DNA of 64,000 nt from an uncultured Planctomycetaceae bacterium. GTDB lineage: Bacteria > Planctomycetota > Planctomycetia > Isosphaerales > Isosphaeraceae. The stretch is taken from NCBI GenBank assembly GCA_963833985.1, contig CAWIAD010000001.1, forward strand, positions 2,944,001 through 3,008,000. The letters are read 5' to 3'. The notes beneath the pieces were generated by a model, which had not been told where the DNA came from, searched no databases, and worked only from the letters and a program-made list of their open reading frames with translations. Made by a program: the position numbers and the translations under genes. Below, one piece after another: positions 28,188 through 38,917 of the stretch (its first letter is position 1; each line of letters starts with the position of its first letter).

Positions 28188-31100
28188 TCACATGACTTGC
28201 CGGTGCACCAGCTCCTGGAATGGGCCGGGCTCGGCCAGAAGCTGATGATAGTCTCCGGACTGGACGATCTGTCCCGCCTTGACGACGTAAATGCGATCGG
28301 CATCGACGACCGTGGTGAGTCGATGCGCGATCACGAGGCGCGTGATGCCCCGCAGTTCCCGGGTAATGCTCTGGGTGACAATGGCCTGAGTCACGTTGTC
28401 CAGGGCGCTGGTGGCTTCGTCAAACATGAGGATCCTGGGGCGGCGGACGATCGCCCGCGCGATCAGGAGGCGCTGTCGCTGCCCGCCCGAGAGGTTGCCT
28501 CCCCCTTCCCCGACGAGCGTGTGCATGCCCATCGGAAAAGCCTGGATGTCCTCGTCCAGGCCGGCCAGCTTCGCCGCCTTCCAGGCATCTTCCATCGTCA
28601 GGTCAGAGGCGAATCCGACAATGTTGTTGAAGATGTCTCCCGGCAAGAGCTGGGCGTTCTGGAGCACCACGCCAATCTGCCGGCGGACCTCGCGCAGGTC
28701 CAGGGTCGTGAGCTCGCGGCCGTCGTAGGTGACCGTGCCGGCGATGGGAGCCTCGAAGCCGAGCAAGAGCCGGAGGATCGTCGACTTCCCCGAGCCCGAG
28801 GCGCCGACGATGGCCACGAACTCGCCCGGGCGCGCCTGGAGGCTCACATCGCTGAGCACCTTCGATCCCTCGTCCTGGCCCGGGTACCGGAACGAGACGC
28901 CGCTCAGTGCCAGCGCACCGCCAAGTTGCACCGGCTCCAGCACGCCGGCGGGAAACTCCGGCTGGCCTTCCAGGATCGGCTTGATGCGTTCATAGAGCGG
29001 AGGCAGATCGAGCAGGCCCATCACCGTGTACGCGGCCGCCAGCAGCGCAGTGATCATGCTCGCAAGCGCGATGGTGAAGGCGAGAAAACCGCCCGTGCTG
29101 AGCCGGTCGCTGCCCAGGTGGATGGCACCGAAGTAGACCACCATCGCAATCAGCAGCGGGAAGACGGCCAGGAACATGTGCAGCAATCGAGCATACCGGC
29201 GCGACCGGATGACCAGTGCAAGCTGGCTGGCGTAGCGGGTCGCCCAGCGTCCGAAAGCGCGGTTCTCGGCGCCGGCAGTCCGCAGCTTGGAAATGCCTCC
29301 GACGATCTCCAGCAAGAAGCTGGTGAGTGACCCTTCCAGCTTGCGGATCATCGCTTCCTGGCGAAGCTGCCCCGCCAGGATGACGGCGGTCACCGCGAGC
29401 ATGACGACCAGCAGCAGCATGCAGACGAGTGCCAGCCGCCAGCTATACCAGAAGAGCAGCCCCAGGTTGAAGACCGAGAGCAAGCTGGTGACCAGGGTGG
29501 AGACCACCGCGCCGGAGATCTTCTTGAAGATGAGGCTCAGCCCCATGGCCCGGAGCGCCAGGTCGCCGGAGGAGAACGTGCCGAAGAACCGCGTGGGCAG
29601 GCGGAGCAGCCGGTCCCAGACCGCGGGCACCACGGCGGGAACGATCTTCCCCTCGATGCGCAACAGCGCCAGGCCGCCGACCACCTGGAGGATGGTCGTC
29701 ACGACCGCTATCCCCACGAGGAACAGGCACAGCGCCAGCAGGGTTGTCCGCCCGCTCTCCGGCAGGTCCACCTCGGGAATGACCTGGTCGATGAGGATGC
29801 CGGAGCCGATGGGTACCGCCAGCCCGAAAACGCCGCCGATGAGCGCCAGCAGGAAGAGCAGCCGCAGTTCGCCCCGCACCCGCGGCAGGCTGAAACGAAG
29901 CAGGTCCAGGAGGGTGAGCCGATGATCGGGAAGCGTGGGGTAGAGCATCCAGGCCCGCCGCGCCACGCGACCGGCGAGGGTTCCGGTCACGGGCAGGCGG
30001 CGCTCGGCCGTGGGGTCCACAAGCTCGTGGCGGGACGATGCGAACCACCGTGCCTTCCTGACCGGAAGGATGGCCACGGGCCTTCGGTCGTCGTCGTTGA
30101 ACTGGCCGAGCAATGGCTCACTGAGTGGACGGGTCGCCCAGTCCGCCGGCAGGTTCACCTGCCGGAGGTGGAACCCCGACGACCGGGCGATCTCTGCCAG
30201 CGTCTCGCCGGCCGCCTCTCCCTTCTCGTCCTGGCTGCGCCTGGGCTGGCGGACCTCGATGCCCTTGGCCTGGCCGACAGCCCGGCAGGCGGCGAGCAAT
30301 TCGTCTCCGGCCGTACGAGTGAAGGGAACGGTCGTCTCGTTGGCCACGGCGGCGAGCCTGGCCGAGAAGCCGCTCACGAGCGAGCGCTCGCCGGCGACGG
30401 CTCGTTTCAGCTCTTCCCAGCGGCGCCTGGCTTCACGATCCTCCGAGCGGCCGATCTCGTCGAGCACGACCCGATGAAAGTCCTTCAAACCGGCCCACGG
30501 GTCTCCCGACCGCACCATGGTCAGCGTGTCGGTCGCCGTGACCCGGCAGGACACGCCGGCCGTCAGCCAGAGATACTCGCAGAGAGGGAAGCGTGGCTCC
30601 AGCTCGTTCACGGGAAGCGTGGCTCCATCCAGGAACCGCGACGATCCCTCGAGATGGCGGATCCAGCCGACGCCTTCGCGAATCGCATAACGCGCACCTT
30701 CGGCCAGCTCCATGGGCGTGGACAGGGCCAGGTCCTGACGTGGCTGGGCCGGCGCCACCAGGCTCAGCGCTCTGCCCACCCTGAGAATCCAGTCGTCGAT
30801 CAGCAGTGCCACCTGCACGGCGAGCTTCTCCTCGAAGCCCAGACGGATGAGGTCGCCGCGCGCAAACCGCAGTAATTGAGCCGTACCCACGCCGACAGCC
30901 ATCAGGCCGCCGCCGAGGTGCCCGCGAACGCCGCTGATGGCAAAGATCGAGCCGCCTTCCTCGACCCGGCAGAGGTGGCGACGGCGGCCCTGGATGCCGT
31001 CCGGGCCAGGAAGCGTGAAGAAGACATCCACCTGGCCGCGGGTGATCCACCAGACTGATTCGGGGTCGTCCAGCGGCAAGGGACGGTTCGCCGCGGTCTC

Positions 31101-33563
31101 CTCGCCCTCGCTGAACGGTGTGAGCTCCTCGATGAGGAAACGGGGCAGCTCCAGGTCGTCCGGGCCGGCAACCCGTGCGTGGCCGTCCTGCGGCCCGGTG
31201 AACCCAAGGCCGTCCCCGCCCGATCCCAAAGGTTCGAGCACGCGCGCGCCGGAGACGCCCGCGGCATGGTCGTGTGCGACGGAGACCCGGTTGCGGCCGC
31301 GAAACCTGGACTGAAATCGCTCCAGGGGCAGCCGTGGCGGGCGCTGCGCGGTCGTCTCCTGGCTGGCCAGGAGCCGGGCGTACTCCCCGCTGGGGTCAGA
31401 CATGAGCTGGTCATGCGTGCCACGCTGCACCGCACGCCCCGCCGAGAGGACGATGATCTCATCACAGTCGCGGATGGTTGACAGCCGGTGCGCGATGATC
31501 AGGCACGAGCAGCCCCGCCTCCGCAGATGGTCGTCGACGATGGCCTCGGTTCGTGAATCCAGTGCGCTGGTGGCCTCGTCCAGGACCAGCAGACTGGGGT
31601 CGCGCACCAGAGCCCGCGCGATTTCCAGGCGCTGCCTCTGCCCGCCCGAAAAATTCCGGGCGCCCTCGGCCACCACGGCGTCGTAGCCGCCACGGCGCAG
31701 CAGCAGGTCGCGATGGATTGCCGCTCCCAGGCCCGCCTGGATCAGGCGCTGGCTGCTCGTTCGTTCGTCCCACAACGTCAGGTTGTCCCGAACGGACCCT
31801 TCGAACATCGCCACGCGCTCATCGACCATTGCCACGGAGCTGACGAACAGCTCGCGGGGGATCTGGTCGATCGGCCGGCCGTCGTGCAGGATCTGCCCGC
31901 TCCAGGGCTGATAGAGCCCGACGACCAGCCGCGCGATCGTGGTCTTGCCGCTTCCCGAGCTGCCCACCAGCGCGATCCGCTGACCCGGCCGCACGATCAG
32001 CGAGAACTCCTTGATGAGCGGCTCCTCCACGGTCCGGTTGTACCCGAAGGTCACGTCGCGCAGCTCGAGCAGCCCGGTGAGCCGGGGTGGAACGGGGTGC
32101 TTCCCGGTTCTGGCCTGCGTGTCCATCCCCGGGGGCCAGGCCGCACGCGCCTCGAAGACCGGGTCGATGCGGTGGTTCCTGACGTCATCGATCCGGTCTA
32201 GGTCGGCCCGCAGCTCCTGCATCTGCGAGCCCAGCCGCGCCAGGTCGCGAAAAGGCTGGTTGAAACTGGCCAGCAGCGACTGGAACGCCACGAGCGCCCC
32301 GATCGACAGCGAGCCGATGGCGACCTGGCGCCCGCCCAGGCCAAGAATGACAATCGTGGTGAGCGTCGCCAGGAAGGGGGGCAGGGCGAAGAGCAGGGCG
32401 TCGTACGCGCCCAGGCGCTGCTCGCCGCTGACGACCCGCGCCTGGTCGCCGGTCCAGCGAGTCATCAGGTCCGCTTCGGATCCGCTGGCCTTCACCGATT
32501 CGATGATCTGGATGGCCCACATCACGCCGCCCCAGAGCCGGCCCCGGATCTGCTCGATGGCCCGGTTCTGGTCGATCCTCCACCGCGAGAGCCAGCGTAG
32601 GGCGGCCAGGTTCAAGCTGCTGATGGCCACGCCCACGGAGGTCAAGAGCGGATCGTAGGGGAACATGGCCGCCACGAAGAAGACCAGGGTCAGCAAGCTG
32701 ACCGCGGTCGTGGCGAGCTCGCCGGAGACCAGCCGTGCCACTCGCTCCGTGCTCACAATGCGGCTGACGATGTCGCCGGCGAAGCGATACTGGAAGAAGC
32801 TGATCGGCAGCCGGAGCACGTGCTGGAGAAACCGGACCGACTCGACGAGGGCCAGCCGCACCTCCAGCCTCATCAGGAAAAGCTGCTGGAGACTCACGGC
32901 CGCCAGTTGCACGAGTGCGGTCCCCGCCACGGCGAAGAGGAGCGGCTTGAGCCAGTCCAGACGGCCCTGGACCAGGATCTCGTCGAGGAACAGCCGCTGA
33001 AATGCGGCCGACACCAGCGTGGGCACCAGCAGCGCCAGGCCGGCCAGGACCACGAACGCCAGGGCGGACTTCGACGCCGCCAGCCGCCGGGCCAGTCCCA
33101 TCGCCGCGCCGGGCCGCCGGCCCTGGCGGACGAACTGCGGACCCGGCGTGAAGGTGAAGGCGATCCCACTGTAGAATCTGGCGAATTCTTCCGGGCTGAC
33201 CGTGCGCCGGCCGCACGCCGGGTCATTCAGGTAGACGATGCCGCGGCCGAAGCCCTCCACGACCAGGAAGTGGTTCCATTGCCAGAGCACCATGAAGGGC
33301 GGCTGCCGCGTTCCCAGCCCCTCGGCCGGCTTGCGGAATGCCTTGGTCTCCAGGCCATAGCGCCTGGCCGCTTCCTTGATGTAATACGCGTTGCTGCCGT
33401 CGCGGGAGACGCCGCAATCGTTCCGCAAGACATCCAGGGGCACATACCGGCCATGGTATTCCAGTATGATCCCGAGCGCAGCCGCACCGCACTCGACGGC
33501 CTCCATCTGGAGAACCGTCGGAGTCCGGACCGGCCGGAATTTCCGCTCGCCGCGGATGGACAT
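28188..33563 (-). CDS. Fused NHLP/NHLM bacteriocin-type ABC exporter: C39 peptidase-TMD-NBD joined to a second cNMP-like-TMD-NBD
   Basis: VRTPTVLQMEAVECGAAAL (C39 Cys), WNHFLVVEG, LNDPA; NBD1 GSSGSGKT/FSGGQRQR/LVLDEATSALD; LPLDDPESVW; NBD2 GASGSGKS/LSGGQRQR/MFDEATSALDN; uninterrupted ORF. Confidence 0.92.
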   Translation of the reverse strand: MSIRGERKFRPVRTPTVLQMEAVECGAAALGIILEYHGRYVPLDVLRNDCGVSRDGSNAYYIKEAARRYGLETKAFRKPAEGLGTRQPPFMVLWQWNHFLVVEGFGRGIVYLNDPACGRRTVSPEEFARFYSGIAFTFTPGPQFVRQGRRPGAAMGLARRLAASKSALAFVVLAGLALLVPTLVSAAFQRLFLDEILVQGRLDWLKPLLFAVAGTALVQLAAVSLQQLFLMRLEVRLALVESVRFLQHVLRLPISFFQYRFAGDIVSRIVSTERVARLVSGELATTAVSLLTLVFFVAAMFPYDPLLTSVGVAISSLNLAALRWLSRWRIDQNRAIEQIRGRLWGGVMWAIQIIESVKASGSEADLMTRWTGDQARVVSGEQRLGAYDALLFALPPFLATLTTIVILGLGGRQVAIGSLSIGALVAFQSLLASFNQPFRDLARLGSQMQELRADLDRIDDVRNHRIDPVFEARAAWPPGMDTQARTGKHPVPPRLTGLLELRDVTFGYNRTVEEPLIKEFSLIVRPGQRIALVGSSGSGKTTIARLVVGLYQPWSGQILHDGRPIDQIPRELFVSSVAMVDERVAMFEGSVRDNLTLWDERTSSQRLIQAGLGAAIHRDLLLRRGGYDAVVAEGARNFSGGQRQRLEIARALVRDPSLLVLDEATSALDSRTEAIVDDHLRRRGCSCLIIAHRLSTIRDCDEIIVLSAGRAVQRGTHDQLMSDPSGEYARLLASQETTAQRPPRLPLERFQSRFRGRNRVSVAHDHAAGVSGARVLEPLGSGGDGLGFTGPQDGHARVAGPDDLELPRFLIEELTPFSEGEETAANRPLPLDDPESVWWITRGQVDVFFTLPGPDGIQGRRRHLCRVEEGGSIFAISGVRGHLGGGLMAVGVGTAQLLRFARGDLIRLGFEEKLAVQVALLIDDWILRVGRALSLVAPAQPRQDLALSTPMELAEGARYAIREGVGWIRHLEGSSRFLDGATLPVNELEPRFPLCEYLWLTAGVSCRVTATDTLTMVRSGDPWAGLKDFHRVVLDEIGRSEDREARRRWEELKRAVAGERSLVSGFSARLAAVANETTVPFTRTAGDELLAACRAVGQAKGIEVRQPRRSQDEKGEAAGETLAEIARSSGFHLRQVNLPADWATRPLSEPLLGQFNDDDRRPVAILPVRKARWFASSRHELVDPTAERRLPVTGTLAGRVARRAWMLYPTLPDHRLTLLDLLRFSLPRVRGELRLLFLLALIGGVFGLAVPIGSGILIDQVIPEVDLPESGRTTLLALCLFLVGIAVVTTILQVVGGLALLRIEGKIVPAVVPAVWDRLLRLPTRFFGTFSSGDLALRAMGLSLIFKKISGAVVSTLVTSLLSVFNLGLLFWYSWRLALVCMLLLVVMLAVTAVILAGQLRQEAMIRKLEGSLTSFLLEIVGGISKLRTAGAENRAFGRWATRYASQLALVIRSRRYARLLHMFLAVFPLLIAMVVYFGAIHLGSDRLSTGGFLAFTIALASMITALLAAAYTVMGLLDLPPLYERIKPILEGQPEFPAGVLEPVQLGGALALSGVSFRYPGQDEGSKVLSDVSLQARPGEFVAIVGASGSGKSTILRLLLGFEAPIAGTVTYDGRELTTLDLREVRRQIGVVLQNAQLLPGDIFNNIVGFASDLTMEDAWKAAKLAGLDEDIQAFPMGMHTLVGEGGGNLSGGQRQRLLIARAIVRRPRILMFDEATSALDNVTQAIVTQSITRELRGITRLVIAHRLTTVVDADRIYVVKAGQIVQSGDYHQLLAEPGPFQELVHRQVM

Positions 33564-33773
33564 GACTGGGACCTCGGCCCGCGAGATTCTCTTCCGCAGA
33601 CTCACCAGAATGTCACGAGTATCATCATAATCCAGTGATTGTGCGGCAAGGTGCGTGCATCTTTCCGGCCCTGACGGTTTGTGGCGATTGTGAGGACGCG
33701 GGCGAGCTGCCCGGAATTCTTGACATCCCGGCGACGTGTGCTCTCGCCGGCTGCCGGTTCCGGGAGCTTCACT

Positions 33774-34937
33774 TCACTTGAGCCGAGTCTCGGCGTCGCT
33801 CTTGACGGCCTGGTTGAGCCGGATGGGCGAGTCCCAGGGGATGACGCGAATGCCGTTGGGCAGGTTGACGCGCGGAATGGACGCGACATCGTCACCGATG
33901 AGAGGGGGAATCACCCTGCGGCCGTCGCTCCAGAATCCCAGGTGAGTGAATCGATCCGGGTCGCGGATGACTTCATCGAAGGTCAGGCCCGCGAAAGCCG
34001 TGGAGATGGCGACGTCGGCGACCCGCCAGAAGCCGGCACGGTCCAGCGCGTTGACCTCGCTCAAGCTCATCTGGATGGTGCGGAAGAGGCCCTCCCCCGT
34101 GTCCAGCCGGCGGTTGGCCCCGGTGGGCGCCGTGTGCTCGGCAAGCAGTGGCGGAAACCCGTGACGGTCCGAACGGAACAGCAGGAACCGCTTCCGAGAC
34201 CTGGGAATCGCATCGGCCTGCGCGAAGATCTGCCGGCCTCGCAGATCGCCCACCAGCAGATCGTCCTCGCCCACGACCACCAGCAGCAAGGTGTTCTGGG
34301 GAATCCGGTCGAGGCTCGGCTCGCGGCTCGGGAACACCTCGCCCGGCATGAACGCCGCCACGAGCCTGGGCCGGGGAAGCCCCGCGTGCGGATCGGCGGC
34401 GACCGCGGCGATCTGGGCGGCCAGGTTTCCCCCGGCGGAGTGGCCGATCAAGACCACCCGCTCCAGGTCCGCGTGCACGTGCTTGTCGCTGGACTCCAGG
34501 ACGTTGAGCGCATCACGCGTCGCGGCGATGGCGTTGGGCAGGAAGTCACGGGGCAGGGTCTCCACGTCTTTCTGGTAACGCGGAAAGACGACGGTCCGGC
34601 CGGAACGCACCAGGTGGTCGATCCAGGCACCATAAAATGCCGGGTTCACGGCGAACCAGCCGTGCAGGAAGACGACCACGGGCGCACGGTCCGGCTTCGG
34701 TTGTGACGGCTCGAAGAGCCAGTACGACCGTGGTCCCGTGCCGAACTCGTACCTCAAGACCGTCCGATGCGGATACTCTGGCACGACCCCCGCGCCAGCT
34801 TCCTGTGCCGCCGGCCGCTTGGGTTCATCCCCGGCAGCCTGCGCCGGACCAGCGTGCAGCACCAGGCTCGCGAGCAGTACGTTGCTCAGGAATCCGGTCA
34901 GCCATCGACCTTGTGCCGTCCGTGGCGCGCCTGACAT
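33774..34937 (-). CDS. Secreted alpha/beta hydrolase
   Basis: Signal peptide, PVVVFLHGW, GHSAGGNL nucleophile elbow. Confidence 0.85.
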   Translation of the reverse strand: MSGAPRTAQGRWLTGFLSNVLLASLVLHAGPAQAAGDEPKRPAAQEAGAGVVPEYPHRTVLRYEFGTGPRSYWLFEPSQPKPDRAPVVVFLHGWFAVNPAFYGAWIDHLVRSGRTVVFPRYQKDVETLPRDFLPNAIAATRDALNVLESSDKHVHADLERVVLIGHSAGGNLAAQIAAVAADPHAGLPRPRLVAAFMPGEVFPSREPSLDRIPQNTLLLVVVGEDDLLVGDLRGRQIFAQADAIPRSRKRFLLFRSDRHGFPPLLAEHTAPTGANRRLDTGEGLFRTIQMSLSEVNALDRAGFWRVADVAISTAFAGLTFDEVIRDPDRFTHLGFWSDGRRVIPPLIGDDVASIPRVNLPNGIRVIPWDSPIRLNQAVKSDAETRLK

Positions 34938-35184
34938 GTCGCGAAGCCCCTTTGCCGGTCGGGGAATGACCCTCAACGGGGGAGGAATAGGGCATCTGAC
35001 CAGGCGTGTCAAGGCCAGGTGCAAGGAACGACCCCGTGCACCCCGTGCACCGTGCCGTGTTTACCCCGTTCCGACCGCTCCTGTGCCTCGAGCAGCCGCG
35101 ATACGAAAGTCGTGCATGCCAGGCTCCTCGCCGCTCGCGGGGCACGGTGCGCGTCTGGCCAACCGGCACGGGCGATGCAAGCCC

Positions 35185-35213
35185 TTGACAGCCCGAGGCT
35201 AGAGCCAGAGACT
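35185..35213 (+). promoter_or_regulatory. Possible sigma-70 promoter
   Basis: TTGACA-17 nt-GAGACT about 40 nt upstream of the ATG at 35252. Confidence 0.3.
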
Positions 35214-35251
35214 GTGAGCTGGATACCTGAGTCTTCTGGAGCGAACGACCG

Positions 35252-35728
35252 ATGGCATCCGGTGAACCAGCCATGGCACCTGCACCGTTCACTCCTGCGC
35301 CGCCGCCCGCGCCGGTGTCCTTCACCACGCGTCCCCCGGGTGCTCCCGAAGCAACTCCTCAGTACGAGTTCAGCTTCTCGGAGAACGCCATCATTGGCAA
35401 CCTCGGGTCAAAGATGAGCTTCGTCGGGCTCTTCATGGTAGGCGTCGGGCTCTTCTTCTTCGTGTCCGTCATCATCCGCTGGGTGCGAACCCATTACCTG
35501 GAAGTGGGTTTGCTCTTCTTGACGCTGGTCTTCATCGTGGTCGGCATCTGGACTCATCGCGCCGGCCGCGAGTTCCGCAGCGTGTCCGACACTCATGGCA
35601 AGGACATCTCCCATCTCATGGGAGCGCTCGAAAACCTGCTCAAGCTCTATACCCTGCTTTATCTGCTCTTCTTCATCAGCCTGGTCTTCGCGGTCATTCA
35701 GCTTGGCGCGCACGGGCTTTACGGTTAA
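35252..35728 (+). CDS. Small membrane protein, unknown function
   Basis: Pro-rich N-terminus, QYEFSFSEN, three hydrophobic helices. Confidence 0.8.
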   Translation: MASGEPAMAPAPFTPAPPPAPVSFTTRPPGAPEATPQYEFSFSENAIIGNLGSKMSFVGLFMVGVGLFFFVSVIIRWVRTHYLEVGLLFLTLVFIVVGIWTHRAGREFRSVSDTHGKDISHLMGALENLLKLYTLLYLLFFISLVFAVIQLGAHGLYG

Positions 35729-35764
35729 GCCACGTGCGGCCTGCACCAGCGTCTGGGTGCACGC

Positions 35765-36388
35765 TCAGACCCAGGGCTCCAGCTCGATCGGCGCGCCCGT
35801 CTCCACGAGATGGAATCGCACCTCCATGCCGTCCAGGTCGGCCACGGCGAAGGTGCGCGACGAGTCGACGACCGGCATCGAGACGACCGAGCCAGGGTTG
35901 ATCACCAGCCGTCCGCCCGGACCGCGATACCACATCGGCTGGTGCGTATGCCCCACAACCAGAAAATCGCATTCCAGGTCGCGGAGGTATCGATCGAGCC
36001 GTGCCGGAGGGTGATTGCGGCGGTTGACAAACTCCATGTCGCTCATGGGTGAACCATGAACCACCACGCCAATCCGGTTTCCGGCCTCGATCACCAGGTC
36101 CGCCGGCAAGTCCTGAAGGAATTGCAGGGTCTCGTGACCGGGCGTGCCGCCTCCAAATTCGTCCACGCCTCCCGGGCCGCGGCCGATCGCCCAGCGGTCG
36201 TGGTTGCCGCGAACCGAAGCGATCTGCCGTTCCTTGAGGAAGGCGACCACCCGGTCCGGAAACGGGCCGTAGCCGACCAGGTCGCCGGCACAGACAATCC
36301 GGTCAACCTGCATCGCCACCAGGTGTGCCCAGGCGAGCTCGAGCGCAACGGGGTCGCCATGGACGTCGGAGATCAGGCCCAGTTTCAT
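35765..36388 (-). CDS. Metallophosphoesterase (YfcE/calcineurin-like)
   Basis: ISDVHG, GDLVGYG, RGNHD, HGSP, GHTH, NPGSV. Confidence 0.95.
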   Translation of the reverse strand: MKLGLISDVHGDPVALELAWAHLVAMQVDRIVCAGDLVGYGPFPDRVVAFLKERQIASVRGNHDRWAIGRGPGGVDEFGGGTPGHETLQFLQDLPADLVIEAGNRIGVVVHGSPMSDMEFVNRRNHPPARLDRYLRDLECDFLVVGHTHQPMWYRGPGGRLVINPGSVVSMPVVDSSRTFAVADLDGMEVRFHLVETGAPIELEPWV

Positions 36389-37281
36389 GGCCCGGCCCCG
36401 GTTCTGAGGGCCGCGCTGGCGGCCAGATCGGCGGACCTCTGCGCGGCCGCCTCGACCGCGTTCATCAAGGCGCCTCGGACCCCAGCCCGCTCCAGCGCAT
36501 GCAGCCCCGCGATGGTCGTTCCGCCTGGGCTGGTGACCTGGTCCTTGAGAACACCGGGGTGAAGGCCCGTCTCCAGCACCATCCGCGCGCTTCCCAGAAC
36601 GGTCTGGGCGGCAAGCTGCACGGCGGTGTCGCGCGGCAGGCCCATCCGAACGCCGCCGTCCGCCAGGGCTTCGATGATCAGGTACACGAACGCCGGCCCG
36701 CTGCCGGAGAGCCCCGTGACCGCGTCGAGCAGCTTTTCCGGGACCTGAACCGCACAGCCAACCGAGCCCAGGAACGCCTGCACCAGCAGCTCATCCGCTA
36801 CGTGCACATCGGGCCCGAGCGCATACGCCGACGCCCCCGCGCCCAGCAGGGCGGGCGTGTTCGGCATCACCCGCACGATCCTCCGGTCAGCGCCCAGACC
36901 GTCCAGCAGCGTGGCGATCGACACTCCCGCGGCAATGGAGATGACCAGGTGCCCGGGTCCGACGTGGGGACGAAGCTCCGCCAGCACCTGCGGCATCGAC
37001 TGCGGCTTGACCGCAAGCACCAGCACATCGCTTCCGTCCGCCACCATGGTGTTCGACGCGTGGGTTCGTATCCCCGCATCGCGCCCGAGCGCGGCGCGTG
37101 CCGGCTCCAGCGGATCGCTGGCCAGGATGTTCTCCGAGCCTGCCATTCCCGAGCGCATCATGCCCTGGATCAGCGCGGTTGCCATCTTCCCCGCGCCGAT
37201 GAATCCCCACCGCCCCGGTGCTGACCGGGCCGCGAGCGGCAAACCACCCTCTTCCATCGCCCCTGAGCTCGTCATCTTCAT
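36385..37281 (-). CDS. proC: Pyrroline-5-carboxylate reductase
   Basis: GFIGAGKMA, LAVKPQ, RVMPNTP, TGLSGSGPAF, VTSPGGTTIAGL. Confidence 0.97.
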   Translation of the reverse strand: MKMTSSGAMEEGGLPLAARSAPGRWGFIGAGKMATALIQGMMRSGMAGSENILASDPLEPARAALGRDAGIRTHASNTMVADGSDVLVLAVKPQSMPQVLAELRPHVGPGHLVISIAAGVSIATLLDGLGADRRIVRVMPNTPALLGAGASAYALGPDVHVADELLVQAFLGSVGCAVQVPEKLLDAVTGLSGSGPAFVYLIIEALADGGVRMGLPRDTAVQLAAQTVLGSARMVLETGLHPGVLKDQVTSPGGTTIAGLHALERAGVRGALMNAVEAAAQRSADLAASAALRTGAGP

Positions 37282-37429
37282 TGACCCTGTCGCTCGCCGG
37301 TCGAACGGTCCCGGCACTCCCCCGGGCCGCTCCGGATCAGCAGCAAGCGTGGCAGCTTTTCACCGAGCTTTCAAGCCGCAACCGCGGAGAGCCGGCGATC
37401 GGCCCGAGTATGGTGCCGGACCTGGGCCG

Positions 37430-38753
37430 TCAAGCGGGCTGTTCCATGGGTTCGAGCACCGACCGGTTCGGGTCGACCAGCAGCCAGCAAAAGGCTCCCG
37501 CCAGGAACAGCGCTCCGGCAAGGTACAGGGGCAGGGCCCAGTCCGCCGGCCGGCGCTCGTCCACCAGCAGGAAGGGCAAGATGGTCGGGCTCAGGAACGC
37601 ACCGATCTGACCGGCGGTGTTCATGGCGCCCGTCACCAGACCGGCATGCTCGCCAGCGATATCCAGGCACGTGCCCCACGCCGCGCCCAGCAGGAAGCTG
37701 TCCGCCGCGCCGGCCAGCGAGAGCAGCAGAGCCGACAGCAAAGGGTCGTCCACCGCCGCGCCGCCGATCATCGCACCACCCGCCAGCAAGAGCGAGACAA
37801 AGCCGATCCCGCACCGGCCGGCGCAGACCCCACGCCCGGACCGCGCGATCGGTGGCCAGCCCTCCCGCCAGGTCGGCCCCAGCGCTGAGGATCAAGGGCA
37901 AGCCGGCCAGCAGCCCGAGCTGGGTGGACGTGAAGCCCCGGGCCTTCACCAGATACGTCGGCAGCCAGGTGATGAAGAAGTAAAAGCCGTACGCCTGGGT
38001 GAAGTACATGAGGCAAAGCAGAATGATATTCTTGTGCGTGACGACGTGCCAGAACATCCCGCGGCCAGGGCCGTGCCGGACCTCGACCCCGCGCCCGGCC
38101 TCGATGTACCGCAGTTCGTCCGCAGAAACCTCGGGATGGCTCGAGGGTTCGTCGCGAAACCAGTGGAACCAGGCGACCGCCCAGATGAAGCCGGTCGCCC
38201 CGAAGACCACGAACACCATCCGCCACGACATCACCCCGAGCATGGCGGTCACCAGCAAGGGCGTGAGCCCTCCGCCCAGGTGCGCACCCGCGAAGAAGAT
38301 TCCCTGAGCCGTGCCGCGTTCGGTGCGCGGGAACCAGCGCGAGAAGGTTTTCGATACGTTGGGGAACGCGCCGGCCTCGCCCATGCCGAAGAGGAACCGC
38401 ACTGCCAGCAGAGACGCGTAGTTGAACGCCCCCGCCGTGGCGATCGTGAAGCATGACCACCAGGTCACGATCCGCGTCAGCAGCAGCCGGGGGCCGATGC
38501 GGTCTCCCCAGGAGCCGCTGGGCATCTCGAAGACCGCATAGGCCAGGATGAACGCCCCGAACACGAAGCCCATCTGCTGATTGCTGAGACGCAGATCGTC
38601 CATCATCACCTGCGCCGTCTGAGCAATGCACACGCGGTCCAGGTAGGTGACTCCCCCCAGGGCCACCGTGAACGCGAGCACCTGGTAGCGCACCCGCGAA
38701 GTGTTGGGAACGTCGGGCGAACGCTCGGAATTCGCGGTGGGTGGGTGGATCAT
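37430..38753 (-). CDS. MFS transporter (ACS/sugar-acid type), frameshift near 37825
   Basis: TYLDRVCI, EMPSGSWGDRIGPR, RFLFGMGEAGAFPN, WFPRTERG; C-terminal helices continue in ORF 37430..37789 (GAMNTAGQIGAF). Confidence 0.9.
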
Positions 38754-38917
38754 GGGCAGACCGCCGGCACGCAGGCCCAGGCACGAGTTTCGGGTCGTTC
38801 ATTAGAACCCGGTTTGCCGCGGCTGTCGACGCTCCAGCCCATGACCAGGGCATTGACCCGACCGGGCACCGGGGTGAAGATCGGTCCATTCCCTTGTCTT
38901 TCCAGGAGCCGCGATCG

